DNA of 64,000 nt, from NCBI GenBank assembly GCA_963810095.1, contig CAWEMM010000006.1:608001-672000 (forward strand), given 5' to 3'. The DNA is from an uncultured Chloroflexia bacterium (lineage in GTDB: Bacteria > Chloroflexota > Anaerolineae > CG2-30-64-16). Made by a program: the position numbers and the translations under genes. Each line of letters starts with the position of its first letter. The stretch's first letter is position 1. The notes below the pieces were generated by a model. That model saw only the letters and a list, made by a program, of their open reading frames with translations. It was not told the DNA's origin and searched no databases. Below are positions 55,493 to 64,000 of this stretch, piece by piece.

Positions 55493-56023
55493 CTATTCCG
55501 CCAGTCGTCGCAGGCGCGCGCTGTGGAAGTGGCAGACCGCGACGGCCACGGCGTCCGCTGCGTCGTCGGGCCGCGGAATGTGGTCGAGATGGAGGACCAT
55601 CCGCACCATCTCCTGCATCTGGCGCTTGTCGGCGTTGCCGTAGCCGCTCAGGGCCTGCTTCACTTCGGCCGGCTTGTACTCGTAGACCTGCAGGCCCGCC
55701 TGGGCGGCCGCCAGGAGGACGACCCCCCGCGCCTGCCCCACCATGATCGCCGTGGTCACATTACGCCCAAAGAACAGCTGCTCGACGGCAACCGACTCCG
55801 GCTGGTACCGTTCGAGCACGGCGGTCATCTCGCCGTAGAGGCGCTGCAGCCGCTCGGGCATCGGCGCACCGGGCTGGGTTTCGATCGCACCGTACGCCAC
55901 CAGCGCGACGTCGCCGTGCGCGTCCTCGCCGACGACGCCGTAGCCCGTCGTGCCGATCCCGGGATCAATGCCCAGGATGGGAGAAACCAGGTCTCTCCCC
56001 GAAACCTGGTTACTGTCGCTCAT
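55493..56023 (-). CDS. ruvC: Crossover junction endodeoxyribonuclease RuvC
   Basis: ILGIDPG, AVEQLFF, GQARGV, GYGNADK, DDAADA. Confidence 0.96.
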   Translation of the reverse strand: MSDSNQVSGRDLVSPILGIDPGIGTTGYGVVGEDAHGDVALVAYGAIETQPGAPMPERLQRLYGEMTAVLERYQPESVAVEQLFFGRNVTTAIMVGQARGVVLLAAAQAGLQVYEYKPAEVKQALSGYGNADKRQMQEMVRMVLHLDHIPRPDDAADAVAVAVCHFHSARLRRLAE

Positions 56024-56766
56024 TCCAGCTGCGCCAGGGCTTCTTCGCTGATCTCCAGGTTCGAGTCCACCTTGAACACGTCGTCCAGTTCCTCGAGCGC
56101 CTCGACCAGGTTCAGCACCTGCAGCGTCTCGGCCGGGCTCAGGGAGACCTGCGTCTTGGCCTGCATGATGACTTCGGCGTCCTCAACCTTGTACTTCCCG
56201 TCGATGAACGCCTGGCGCACCGTCTGCAGGTCGGCGGGCATCGTGTAGACTTCGGCCACGCCGTCCCCGTACTGCACGTCCTCCGCGCCCGCTTCGAGAG
56301 CCGCTTCGAAGACCTTGTCCTGGTCCTTCGGCCCGATGGCCACGGAGACCAGGCCCTTCTGCTCGAACAACCACGCCACGCTGCCAGACTCGCCCAGCGC
56401 GCCGCCGCCCCGGGTGAGGGTCCGGCGCAGCTCGCCAACGGTGCGGTTCTTGTTGTCGGTGACCACCTGGATGTAGAGCGCCACGCCGTGCGGGCCGTAG
56501 CCCTCGTAGGTGACTTCTTCGAGCTGCCCACCCTCCGTGTCCAGGCCCGCGCCGCGCTTGATGGCTCGGTCGATGTTGTCCTTGGGCATGTTCTCGGCCT
56601 TCGCCTTATCGATGATCAGGCGCAAGCGGAAGTTGAAGTTGGGATCGGCGCCCTGGCGGGCGGCCAACTGGATTTCCCGCGCGAGCTTGGTGAACATCTG
56701 CCCGCGCTTGGCGTCGGCCGCGCCCTTCTTGCGCTTGATCGTAGCCCATTTGCTATGTCCTGACAT
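56020..56766 (-). CDS. YebC/PmpR family protein
   Basis: MSGHSKWATIKRKK, YEGYGPHG, TDNKNRT, LEELDDV. Confidence 0.96.
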   Translation of the reverse strand: MSGHSKWATIKRKKGAADAKRGQMFTKLAREIQLAARQGADPNFNFRLRLIIDKAKAENMPKDNIDRAIKRGAGLDTEGGQLEEVTYEGYGPHGVALYIQVVTDNKNRTVGELRRTLTRGGGALGESGSVAWLFEQKGLVSVAIGPKDQDKVFEAALEAGAEDVQYGDGVAEVYTMPADLQTVRQAFIDGKYKVEDAEVIMQAKTQVSLSPAETLQVLNLVEALEELDDVFKVDSNLEISEEALAQLE

Positions 56767-56806
56767 AGTGTAATACCTCCGTTGGTGTGCGTATGAGTGC
56801 TTGGGT

Positions 56807-56891
56807 CACCACAAAGACACAAAGACACAAAGGTGCACAAAGACGCCAACAAGAAGCTTTGTGGAGCTTCGTGTCTTCGTGCCTTGGTGGT
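56807..56891. repeat. Family A palindrome (best-preserved copy)
   Basis: CACCACAAAGACACAAAGACACAAAG..CACAAAG...CTTTGTG..CTTCGTGTCTTCGTGCCTTGGTGGT. Confidence 0.85.
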
Positions 56892-58522
56892 TACGTCGTT
56901 TTCTGGTCGATGACGGCCTTCAGAAAGGCCTTGAATAACGGATGCGGGCGGTTCGGCCGGGAAAGGAACTCGGGGTGGAACTGCACGCCCAGCATCCAGG
57001 GGTGCATCGTGCGATCCAGCTCGGCAATCTCGACCAGGCGGCCGTCAGGCGACAGCCCGGTGAAATTGAGGCCCTTCTCCGTCGCGGGGGTGCGATACCG
57101 GTTGTTGAACTCCCAGCGGTGGCGATGCCGCTCTCGCACCCGTCCTTCGGGAGCGTACGCGCCGGCCGCATGGCTGCCCGGCTGGAGCTGGCACGGCCAA
57201 AGGCCCAGGCGCATGGTGCCGCCCATGTCCTCAATGCCCTGCTGGTCGGCCATGAGCGAGATGATCGGGTCGGGCGTCTTCGGGTTGAACTCGGTCGAGT
57301 TCGCGTCGGCCAGGTGCAGCACGTTGCGTGCGAACTCGATGCACATGACCTGCATCCCGAGGCAGAGCCCGAAATAGGGGATGCCGTGCTCGCGGGCGTA
57401 CCTCGCCGCGGCCACCTTCCCCTCGATCCCCCGCTCGCCAAAGCCGCCGGGGACGAGGATACCGTCAACTCCCCTGGCGTCGCCGGCGCCTTCCAAAGCA
57501 GACAATCCCTCGGGCTTCTGCAGCGTCTCGGCATGGACCCACTTGATCTCGACGTCGTGATCGAGGACCCACGCGGCATGGTGCAGCGCCTCGCGCACGC
57601 TGTAGTACGCGTCTTCGAGCTCGACGTACTTCCCGACGACCGCGATGGTCACCGCCGGCTTCGGCTGCTTGATCTTCTCGACCAGCGTGCGCCAATCCTG
57701 GAGGTCGGGGCCGGTGACTTTTAGTTCGAGCCGCTGGGCAATGAAGTCGGCCACGCCCTCTGCCTCGAGCATCAGGGGGACTTCGTAGATGCTCTGGGCG
57801 GTATACGCGGGGACCACGGCCTGCGGCTCGACGTCGGTGAACAGCGCCAGCTTCTCGCGCACGCTCTGGCTGACCGGCTGGTCCGAGCGGCAAATCAGCA
57901 TGTCGGGCTGGATGCCGATGGAGCGCAGGTCGCGCACGGAGTGCTGCGTGGGCTTGGTCTTCAACTCGTTCGAACCGGAAAGGAAGGGCAGCAGGGTCAC
58001 GTGGACGTAGAACGTGTGGTTGCGCCCCACTTCCTTGCGCATCTGGCGGATGGCTTCGAGGAAGGCCTCGCCCTCGACGTCGCCCACTGTGCCGCCGACC
58101 TCGACAATGACCACGTCCGGATCGGCGTGCCGGGAGGCGTCCTGCACCCGCCGCTTGATCTCGTTCGTCACGTGCGGGATCACCTGGATGGTGCCGCCGA
58201 GGAAATCGCCGTGGCGTTCCTTGGCCAGCACGGCCGAGTAGATCTGGCCCATCGTGACGTTGTTCGCCTGGCGCAGGTTAACGTCGGTGAACCGTTCGTA
58301 GTGACCGAGGTCGAGGTCAGTTTCCGCGCCGTCCTCCGTGACAAACACCTCGCCGTGCTGATACGGCGACATCGTGCCGGGGTCCACGTTGATGTACGGG
58401 TCCAGCTTCAACATCGAGACGGTCACGCCGCGGCTCTTGAGCAGCCGGCCGATGGATGCTGCGCTTACGCCTTTGCCCAGGCCAGAAGCAACACCGCCGG
58501 TGACGAATATGTATGCGGTCAC
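56891..58522 (-). CDS. pyrG: CTP synthase
   Basis: [50 protein letters not shown]. Confidence 0.98.
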   Translation of the reverse strand: MTAYIFVTGGVASGLGKGVSAASIGRLLKSRGVTVSMLKLDPYINVDPGTMSPYQHGEVFVTEDGAETDLDLGHYERFTDVNLRQANNVTMGQIYSAVLAKERHGDFLGGTIQVIPHVTNEIKRRVQDASRHADPDVVIVEVGGTVGDVEGEAFLEAIRQMRKEVGRNHTFYVHVTLLPFLSGSNELKTKPTQHSVRDLRSIGIQPDMLICRSDQPVSQSVREKLALFTDVEPQAVVPAYTAQSIYEVPLMLEAEGVADFIAQRLELKVTGPDLQDWRTLVEKIKQPKPAVTIAVVGKYVELEDAYYSVREALHHAAWVLDHDVEIKWVHAETLQKPEGLSALEGAGDARGVDGILVPGGFGERGIEGKVAAARYAREHGIPYFGLCLGMQVMCIEFARNVLHLADANSTEFNPKTPDPIISLMADQQGIEDMGGTMRLGLWPCQLQPGSHAAGAYAPEGRVRERHRHRWEFNNRYRTPATEKGLNFTGLSPDGRLVEIAELDRTMHPWMLGVQFHPEFLSRPNRPHPLFKAFLKAVIDQKTT

Positions 58523-58569
58523 AGCAACTCCAATCATCAAGCCCGGTGCCGGGCTGCCGTCCTGCAATT

Positions 58570-58607
58570 AAAGACAGAGACACGGAGATAGCTTCCCCGT
58601 GTCTCTG
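58570..58607 (-). promoter_or_regulatory. Terminator-like hairpin in the pyrG leader
   Basis: CAGAGACACGG...CCGTGTCTCTG TCTTT; extended -10 TGCTATAAT at 58703-58711. Confidence 0.45.
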
Positions 58608-58798
58608 GCGAAGATCAACCAAACTGGTGAACGAATGTCGGGTACTTGAGCACCCGCCGCTGAGTCGTCATTAACGCATTCCCTGCCGCAAGTTTACGCT
58701 TCATTATAGCATAGGGCGGCGAGAATGCTAAAACCGTCCGGCGCGGGTTCCGTGCCCGACCGGTGCTCGTACGCGCAAGAGCCGGGCTCCTGGCCAGG

Positions 58799-59092
58799 TT
58801 ACGGCAGCCGGCCAACGACCCGCGCGAACTCCTCCTCAGAGAACGCACGCATCGTGGTGACGGTCACGTTGCCCGCTCTGGCCAGCGCCAGAGAGTAGGC
58901 GCCCATTGTTTCGTCGTCGGGCGCCTCCCCGACGATCACAAGATCATACTCGCCGAACACCACCCACGTCCCGATCGGCCGGATGCCCATCTGCTGGGCC
59001 AGCCCTTGGGCTTGCTTCATGCGTTGCGGCGCGTTCTTGATGTCGGCGACACCCTGCGGTGTGTACTTCAGCAGTCCGATATACCCTGGCAT
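58799..59092 (-). CDS. GYD domain protein
   Basis: Y..L.KYT.QG, FGEYD.V...EAPD, T.TMRAF; GGAGG RBS. Confidence 0.88.
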   Translation of the reverse strand: MPGYIGLLKYTPQGVADIKNAPQRMKQAQGLAQQMGIRPIGTWVVFGEYDLVIVGEAPDDETMGAYSLALARAGNVTVTTMRAFSEEEFARVVGRLP

Positions 59093-59281
59093 ACTATCCT
59101 CCCCTAACCGGAAGTGCTCGCCCGGTACCGGGGCGACTCCGTCCTGCGCAGAGTGCGCCGCTGGCCAAGGAAGAGGTTGGCGACGAGTCAAGGCATCAGA
59201 TGCCAGGCGAGTCAGTGCAATCTAATCACAAGACCAGGACAAAGTCAAGCAAGTTCGCGCCGTACGCTTGCACAAATCAAA

Positions 59282-59328
59282 AGACCTCCCGGTCACCCGG
59301 CCGTTGACGGATAGGAACCGGAAGGTCC
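59282..59328. repeat. Family C palindrome
   Basis: AGACCTCCCGGT...ACCGGAAGGTC. Confidence 0.55.
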
Positions 59329-59353
59329 TGACGCGTGTCCCCTCTGGCTGCGG

Positions 59354-60100
59354 CTACTTCTTGCCGCTCACCTTGATGGGCCCAGACACGACCGTGTTGT
59401 TGCCTGGGATTGCGTCACGGGCGTTCTGGATGGTCGCGACAGCCTTGAACGTGACCTTGCCAACTGTCGCATCGGCGCCCGTGAAGGTGTAATTGAATGT
59501 GAAGTCGGTCGTGCGGTTGCTGCTACGGACCGGGACCAGCTGTTTCGAGGAGCCGACCCACGAATAGCCGGCGGTAGGATCGCTCTTATACAGGTCGACC
59601 TGTACCACTTCGTCCCTGAGATTGTTTCGGACGCCGACGACGAGCGACTTAGTCTGTCCTGCGCTCGCCGAGGATGGCACAGTGAACTTGGAGATCGCCA
59701 CATCGTGCGTGCTCACAATGACGGTTTTGCTTATTTCACCAGTCCGGCCATCAGTCGTCTGCACCTTGTGCCACACCGTGTAGGTTCCGTCCTTAGCATA
59801 CTGGTGGTAGGCGCAATAGCCCGTGGCCGAGAACCCGTCGCCAAAGTCCCACCAGAACGCGTTGAACCCGTAGTAAGCTGGATCGTAAGAGTTGTCGCAG
59901 AACTGCACGGAGTCATACGTGCTGGGGTCCGACGGGTACCAGTAGAAATCGGCGGTCGGCGAGACTTGGGGCGGCGACGACTGGAACAGTGGAGCGGCCG
60001 GTGCGCTTGCGAGAGCAGCGGTCCCGCCGATACTCAAGATGACGAGCACGGCCAGCATCACCAGATCGTGCTTACGTGGGCGAAACTTGCAGGTGCCCAT
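59354..60100 (-). CDS. Secreted PKD-domain protein with CARDB-like C-terminal domain
   Basis: Signal/TM, PTADF, WWDFGDG, HQYAKDGTYTV, HDVAI...PGNN. Confidence 0.85.
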   Translation of the reverse strand: MGTCKFRPRKHDLVMLAVLVILSIGGTAALASAPAAPLFQSSPPQVSPTADFYWYPSDPSTYDSVQFCDNSYDPAYYGFNAFWWDFGDGFSATGYCAYHQYAKDGTYTVWHKVQTTDGRTGEISKTVIVSTHDVAISKFTVPSSASAGQTKSLVVGVRNNLRDEVVQVDLYKSDPTAGYSWVGSSKQLVPVRSSNRTTDFTFNYTFTGADATVGKVTFKAVATIQNARDAIPGNNTVVSGPIKVSGKK

Positions 60101-60344
60101 GCGTGACTCCTTCTGGTTTGGGTAAGCGAACCAAAGCCGGCGGCATCGCAAGAAAGTTCGATATGCCGCCGGCCCTGGCACGAGCCTTGCTGGCTGAAGC
60201 CGCGTCGTGCGCGGCATCGAAGGACTTCGCACCTGTCTCACTTTAGCACTCGCCTTGTAACAGTACAACCCGCTATTAGTGTACTTCTTGTAGGAACTTT
60301 TACCTATAGATCGGCGCCTCGGGGGAAGACAGCACGAGGCCCCC

Positions 60345-60373
60345 TTGACGAATCGCACGCCCGTTCGTATAAT
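60345..60373 (+). promoter_or_regulatory. sigma70 promoter with a candidate LexA box in the spacer
   Basis: TTGACG-N17-TATAAT; CGCAC-GCCC-GTTCG (60354-60367) vs CGAAC-N4-GTTCG. Confidence 0.65.
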
Positions 60374-60401
60374 GATGCCGTCGAGAGGGGGGGGTGGCGT
60401 G

Positions 60402-61622
60402 ATGGAGGACCTGCGCGAGCGGCTGGCGCTACTGACCCAGGCGGCTGTTTTCGACGACTCTGTTGCGCCCGGCGACGCGGCGCCCGACCCCGATGGCCGC
60501 GGCTTCTTTGCGCCCCCACGGCCCGAGGACGCGCCGGTTAACCGCAGCGTCCTGCCCTGTGTCTCTCATCACATCACGCCGGATGGCCGCCGCGAAACGG
60601 TCCTGAAAGTGCTCCAGACCTCGGCGTGCGAGAACAACTGCCTCTACTCCGCGTTCCGGGCTGGGCGCGACGCCCGCCGTACCCACGTCACCCCTGACGA
60701 GATGGCGCGCTCCTTTGATCTCATGCACCGGGCCGGGCTCGTGGAGGGAATGTTTCTCTCGTCGGGCGTCGTCGGCACGCATCGCACGATGGATGAAATG
60801 CTGGCCACGACGGAGCTCATCCGGCAGAAGTACGGGTTCCGCGGCTACATCCATCTCAAGCTGCTGCCCAACGCCGAGCCGGCGCATGTCGAGCGAGCCG
60901 TCGAGCTCGCCGACCGCGTCAGCGTCAACCTCGAAGGCCCCACGCAGGAGCGACTGGACTTCCTCGCGCCGAGAAAGAGCATGGAGCAGCTGCTGGCGCC
61001 CCTCCGCCTGGCCGCCCAGCTGCGGCGGCAAGCCATCGAGGCAGGGCTCTCGGGGCGCCATGGCAGCGCACCGTGGGGGCACGCCCGCATCGGTCTCTCC
61101 ACGCAGTTCGTCGTGGGTCCTGCGGGCGAGAGCGACCAGGAGCTGCTAGCGGTCGTCGACACGCTCTACCGTGAGCTGCACCTTTCCCGCACGTACTACT
61201 CGGCCTTCACACCGGTGCGGCGCACCCCGCTCGAGGATTACACTCCGACGCATCCCGTGCGCGAGCACCGGCTGTATCAGGCCGATTGGCTCTTGCGCTT
61301 CTATGGCTTTCGCGCTGCCGAGCTCCCCTTTACGGCGGAGGGACAATTGCGCACCGACGTCGACCCGAAGGCAGCCTGGGCCGTTGCCCACCCCGAACGC
61401 TTCCCGGTCGAGGTGAACCGCGCGCCTCTCGGCCAGCTCCTGCGGGTGCCGGGCATCGGTCCCCAGTCGGCGAAAGCCATCGTGCAGGCCCGGACGGCCG
61501 CTCCGTTGGCCGAGATCGGCGACCTGCGTCGCCTTGGCGCACGAGCGGATCTCGCCGCGCCCTACGTGCTCCTCAACGGCAAGCGACCGCCCTACCAATT
61601 CCCGCTCCCCGCGGTCACTTGA
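60402..61622 (+). CDS. Putative DNA modification/repair radical SAM protein with HhH
   Basis: LKVLQTSACENNCLYS, GMFLSSG, FRGYIHLK, ADRVSVNLE, REHRLYQADWLLRFYGF, LLRVPGIG. Confidence 0.9.
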   Translation: MEDLRERLALLTQAAVFDDSVAPGDAAPDPDGRGFFAPPRPEDAPVNRSVLPCVSHHITPDGRRETVLKVLQTSACENNCLYSAFRAGRDARRTHVTPDEMARSFDLMHRAGLVEGMFLSSGVVGTHRTMDEMLATTELIRQKYGFRGYIHLKLLPNAEPAHVERAVELADRVSVNLEGPTQERLDFLAPRKSMEQLLAPLRLAAQLRRQAIEAGLSGRHGSAPWGHARIGLSTQFVVGPAGESDQELLAVVDTLYRELHLSRTYYSAFTPVRRTPLEDYTPTHPVREHRLYQADWLLRFYGFRAAELPFTAEGQLRTDVDPKAAWAVAHPERFPVEVNRAPLGQLLRVPGIGPQSAKAIVQARTAAPLAEIGDLRRLGARADLAAPYVLLNGKRPPYQFPLPAVT

Positions 61623-61656
61623 CACGCGACCCTTCCGCCAAGTATAAGTGACTCCC

Positions 61657-62382
61657 ATGACGCTCTGGGCGCTGCTTTCCGATGTACACGGTCGAGGTGA
61701 TCGCCTCGCGCGTGTCCTGGCCGATATTCAGGCGCAAGGCGACCGCCAGCCTGGCGGCGCCCGGATCCTGGCGCTTGGCGATATTGCCGGCCCCGGCCCC
61801 CTGTCCCTGCTCGACCGGGCGGGGGCGCTGTGCGTATTTGGCAATTGGGAGGCGTCGGGGCTGCGCGGGCTGCCGCCGCCCTATCGCAGCTGGGTTGCGC
61901 GCTGGCCCGCTGTGCTCCAGGTGGACGGCTTCCTCGCCGCGCACGCCTCGCCCGTCTGGCCGCCCAACTTGACGATCAGCGGCGTGGTCGAGCACTTCCG
62001 CGCCCGCAATCTCCATTGGACGCACCTGTTTCCATCCCTGCAGCACTCGGAAAGCGGCCGCACTGCGGCCCTTGCGGCGCTATCGCAAAGCGACTGCCGC
62101 ATCTTCTTCCACGGCCACACCCACGTACAAGAGGCCTGGCACGCGTCAGCAGCAGGCGAGCGTGAGGCAACAGGTAACGACGAAGGAGCCGGCCTTGGGC
62201 CGGGCGGCGGGGGTGCACAGCGCGTGGACTATGCGGGCACTGAAGGAGGCGCTCTCGACCTCGTCGAAGACGAGCGCTGGCTGGTCGGGGTGGGCAGCGT
62301 CGGCGACCCGCACGACGGCCCGGGCGCGCACTATGCCCTGTACGATAGCGTGACGCGCCGTTTCACCTGGCGGCGGGTGTAG
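61657..62382 (+). CDS. Metallophosphoesterase (calcineurin-like)
   Basis: LSDVHG, LGDI, GNWE, AHASP, FHGHTH, GSVG.P.D. Confidence 0.88.
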   Translation: MTLWALLSDVHGRGDRLARVLADIQAQGDRQPGGARILALGDIAGPGPLSLLDRAGALCVFGNWEASGLRGLPPPYRSWVARWPAVLQVDGFLAAHASPVWPPNLTISGVVEHFRARNLHWTHLFPSLQHSESGRTAALAALSQSDCRIFFHGHTHVQEAWHASAAGEREATGNDEGAGLGPGGGGAQRVDYAGTEGGALDLVEDERWLVGVGSVGDPHDGPGAHYALYDSVTRRFTWRRV

Positions 62383-62496
62383 CAACTGCGGCCCGGCGCG
62401 CCAGGGCGTGCGGGCGTGCGGCGCCCTTGGCGTACCTCGGCGCTTGCCCGTCGCGGCGGCCCTTTTGGTCGCGTTTTGCCATCGGAGGCCCGGCAG

Positions 62497-63285
62497 ATGA
62501 TCGCAGGTTTCGTCCAGTTCCGTCCCACCCGGCACGACGTGCCGGCCAATGTCGCGCAGGTGGAGCACCTGCTTGCCGGCGTGCGGGCCGACCTGCTCGT
62601 CCTTCCCGAGCTCGCCAACTCGGGCTACATGTACCCCTCGCCCCAATCCATCGCGCCCTACAGCGAGCCGGCCGACGGCTCGGGCCCGTTTCTTAGCGCC
62701 CTGACCCGCCTGGCTGCCTCGACGGGCGGACTGATCGTCACCGGCCTGTCTGAGCGGGCGGGGGATGGCGTCTACAACTCGGCCGTGGCCCTCGACGAAA
62801 CGGGCGTCGTGGCCCATTACCGCAAGACGCATCTCTTCGCCGACGAGCAGGACCTGTTTCTGCCGGGAGACACCGGCTTCAATGTGTTCTCCTATCGCGG
62901 CGCGCGTGTCGGCATGATGGTTTGCTTCGACTGGTACTTCCCCGAATCGGCCCGCACGCTGGCCCTGCGCGGCGCGCAAATCATCGCACACCCGTCCAAC
63001 CTCGTGCTCGGGCATTGCCAGACCGCGATGGTGACGCGCTCGTTGGAAAACCGGGTCTTCAGTATCACGGCGAACCGCTGGGGCGTGGAGGAACTTGGGG
63101 AGAAGTCGCTGCGCTTCACCGGCGCATCGCAGGTGCTGACGCCGCTCGGAGTGCGCCTTGCCCAAGGCCCGCTGGAAAGCGACTGCGTCGCGCTGGTCGA
63201 GATCGACCCGGCGGAGGCCGACAACAAGCGGCCGACGGCCCGCAATCACTTGCTGGAGAACCGCCGGCCGGAGTTTTACGGGTAA
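62497..63285 (+). CDS. Carbon-nitrogen hydrolase (nitrilase family)
   Basis: VLPEL, YNSA, YRKTHLF, VCFDWYFPE triad; GGAGG RBS. Confidence 0.93.
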   Translation: MIAGFVQFRPTRHDVPANVAQVEHLLAGVRADLLVLPELANSGYMYPSPQSIAPYSEPADGSGPFLSALTRLAASTGGLIVTGLSERAGDGVYNSAVALDETGVVAHYRKTHLFADEQDLFLPGDTGFNVFSYRGARVGMMVCFDWYFPESARTLALRGAQIIAHPSNLVLGHCQTAMVTRSLENRVFSITANRWGVEELGEKSLRFTGASQVLTPLGVRLAQGPLESDCVALVEIDPAEADNKRPTARNHLLENRRPEFYG

Positions 63286-63298
63286 GCCTGCGCGCGAC

Positions 63299-63688
63299 TC
63301 ACGCGGGCAAATCGTTCCAGATGTCGCGGTAGTACTTCCACTCGCCGTTCAGGCGCTTCCACACGACGATGTACTTGACGCGGGCAGCCAGCTGACCGCC
63401 GGCGACGAACAGGGCCCCTTCGCCGACCTCGACGGCATCGTCCCCGCGGACGTCCAGATCGAGGGTGTTGAGTTCGATGGACTTCACGCCTGAGTCGATC
63501 ACCCCTTGCCAGAGCCCCTGGACCGCTTCGCGGCCCTTCACAATCGGGCCGCCGGGCGGGAAGGCCCAGCCGTCCGGCGCGTACACTGCTGCCACCTGGG
63601 CAGCATCCCCGTTTTTCACTCCGTCCATGAACTGTGCATTGACGGCGGCGACGGCGGCGCCTGTCTTCTCTTCGACTGCGTGCAACAT
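63299..63688 (-). CDS. DUF4440/SnoaL-like (YybH) protein
   Basis: GDAAQVAAVYAPD, GREAV, KYIVVWKR..GEWK..RDIWN. Confidence 0.88.
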   Translation of the reverse strand: MLHAVEEKTGAAVAAVNAQFMDGVKNGDAAQVAAVYAPDGWAFPPGGPIVKGREAVQGLWQGVIDSGVKSIELNTLDLDVRGDDAVEVGEGALFVAGGQLAARVKYIVVWKRLNGEWKYYRDIWNDLPA

Positions 63689-63869
63689 GGCGACCTCCAA
63701 AGACTGTTCCGCTGTGGAGCGTCTTCCAGTAGCAGTGCGGGGACGATGTGGCTCACTCGCGCCATTCTAGCACAACTCCCAAGGGTTGCGCGCGGGTAAA
63801 ATGCCCATCCCTTTTTGCGTGTTTTTGCACTAGACCTCCCACCCTCACCTGTGCTACAATCTGCGATCT

Positions 63870-64000
63870 ATGACCCAACACGCACACCTTGATCCCCGCC
63901 CTTTCTTCCTGGACGGCGGACCCACGGGCATCCTCCTGGTGCACGGTTTCACCGGTTCGCCCCCGGAAATGCGCCTGCTGGCCGACGCCTGCCACGCGCG
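63870..64000 (+). CDS. Alpha/beta-fold carboxylesterase, N-terminal part (truncated by window)
   Basis: MTQHAHLDPRPFFLDGGPTGILLVHGFTGSPPEMR. Confidence 0.8.
   Translation, partial: MTQHAHLDPRPFFLDGGPTGILLVHGFTGSPPEMRLLADACHA

Noticed and set aside
54806-56766. Absence of ruvB after ruvA
   Set aside because: ruvB is often encoded separately; cannot be judged from this window

Overview
GC-rich bacterial chromosomal segment, most consistent with Chloroflexota (Anaerolineae/Caldilineae-like; inferred from gene content). Left to right: DUF151-dnaB-dnaD-tandem DnaC-like replication operon; CIRCE-controlled groES-groEL; small enzymes; a GAF-PP2C/anti-sigma/STAS partner-switching trio; an ~19 kb envelope glycosylation cluster (O-antigen ligase-like, four GT-C-fold membrane proteins sharing a C-terminal beta domain, GT4, GT2, polyprenyl synthetase, TatD, PMM, gmd, rmd-like); a SAM-I riboswitch operon (mtnA, GT-C protein, orphan DNA methyltransferase, PfkB kinase, ahcY, metK); a multiheme cytochrome c; secreted HYR and PKD proteins; a two-component system; a TolB-like protein; pyrG-yebC-ruvC-ruvA-trmH; a DNA-repair-type radical SAM gene and hydrolases. 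No tRNA, rRNA, CRISPR or transposase was recognised. Many genes carry frameshifts that look like long-read indel errors. The most striking unexplained structure is a set of at least five families of short palindromic elements. They occupy many intergenic junctions and also sit in frame inside protein-coding genes (GT-C gene twice, mtnA C-terminus, ruvC N-terminus). All calls come from manual motif recognition; no database searches were run.
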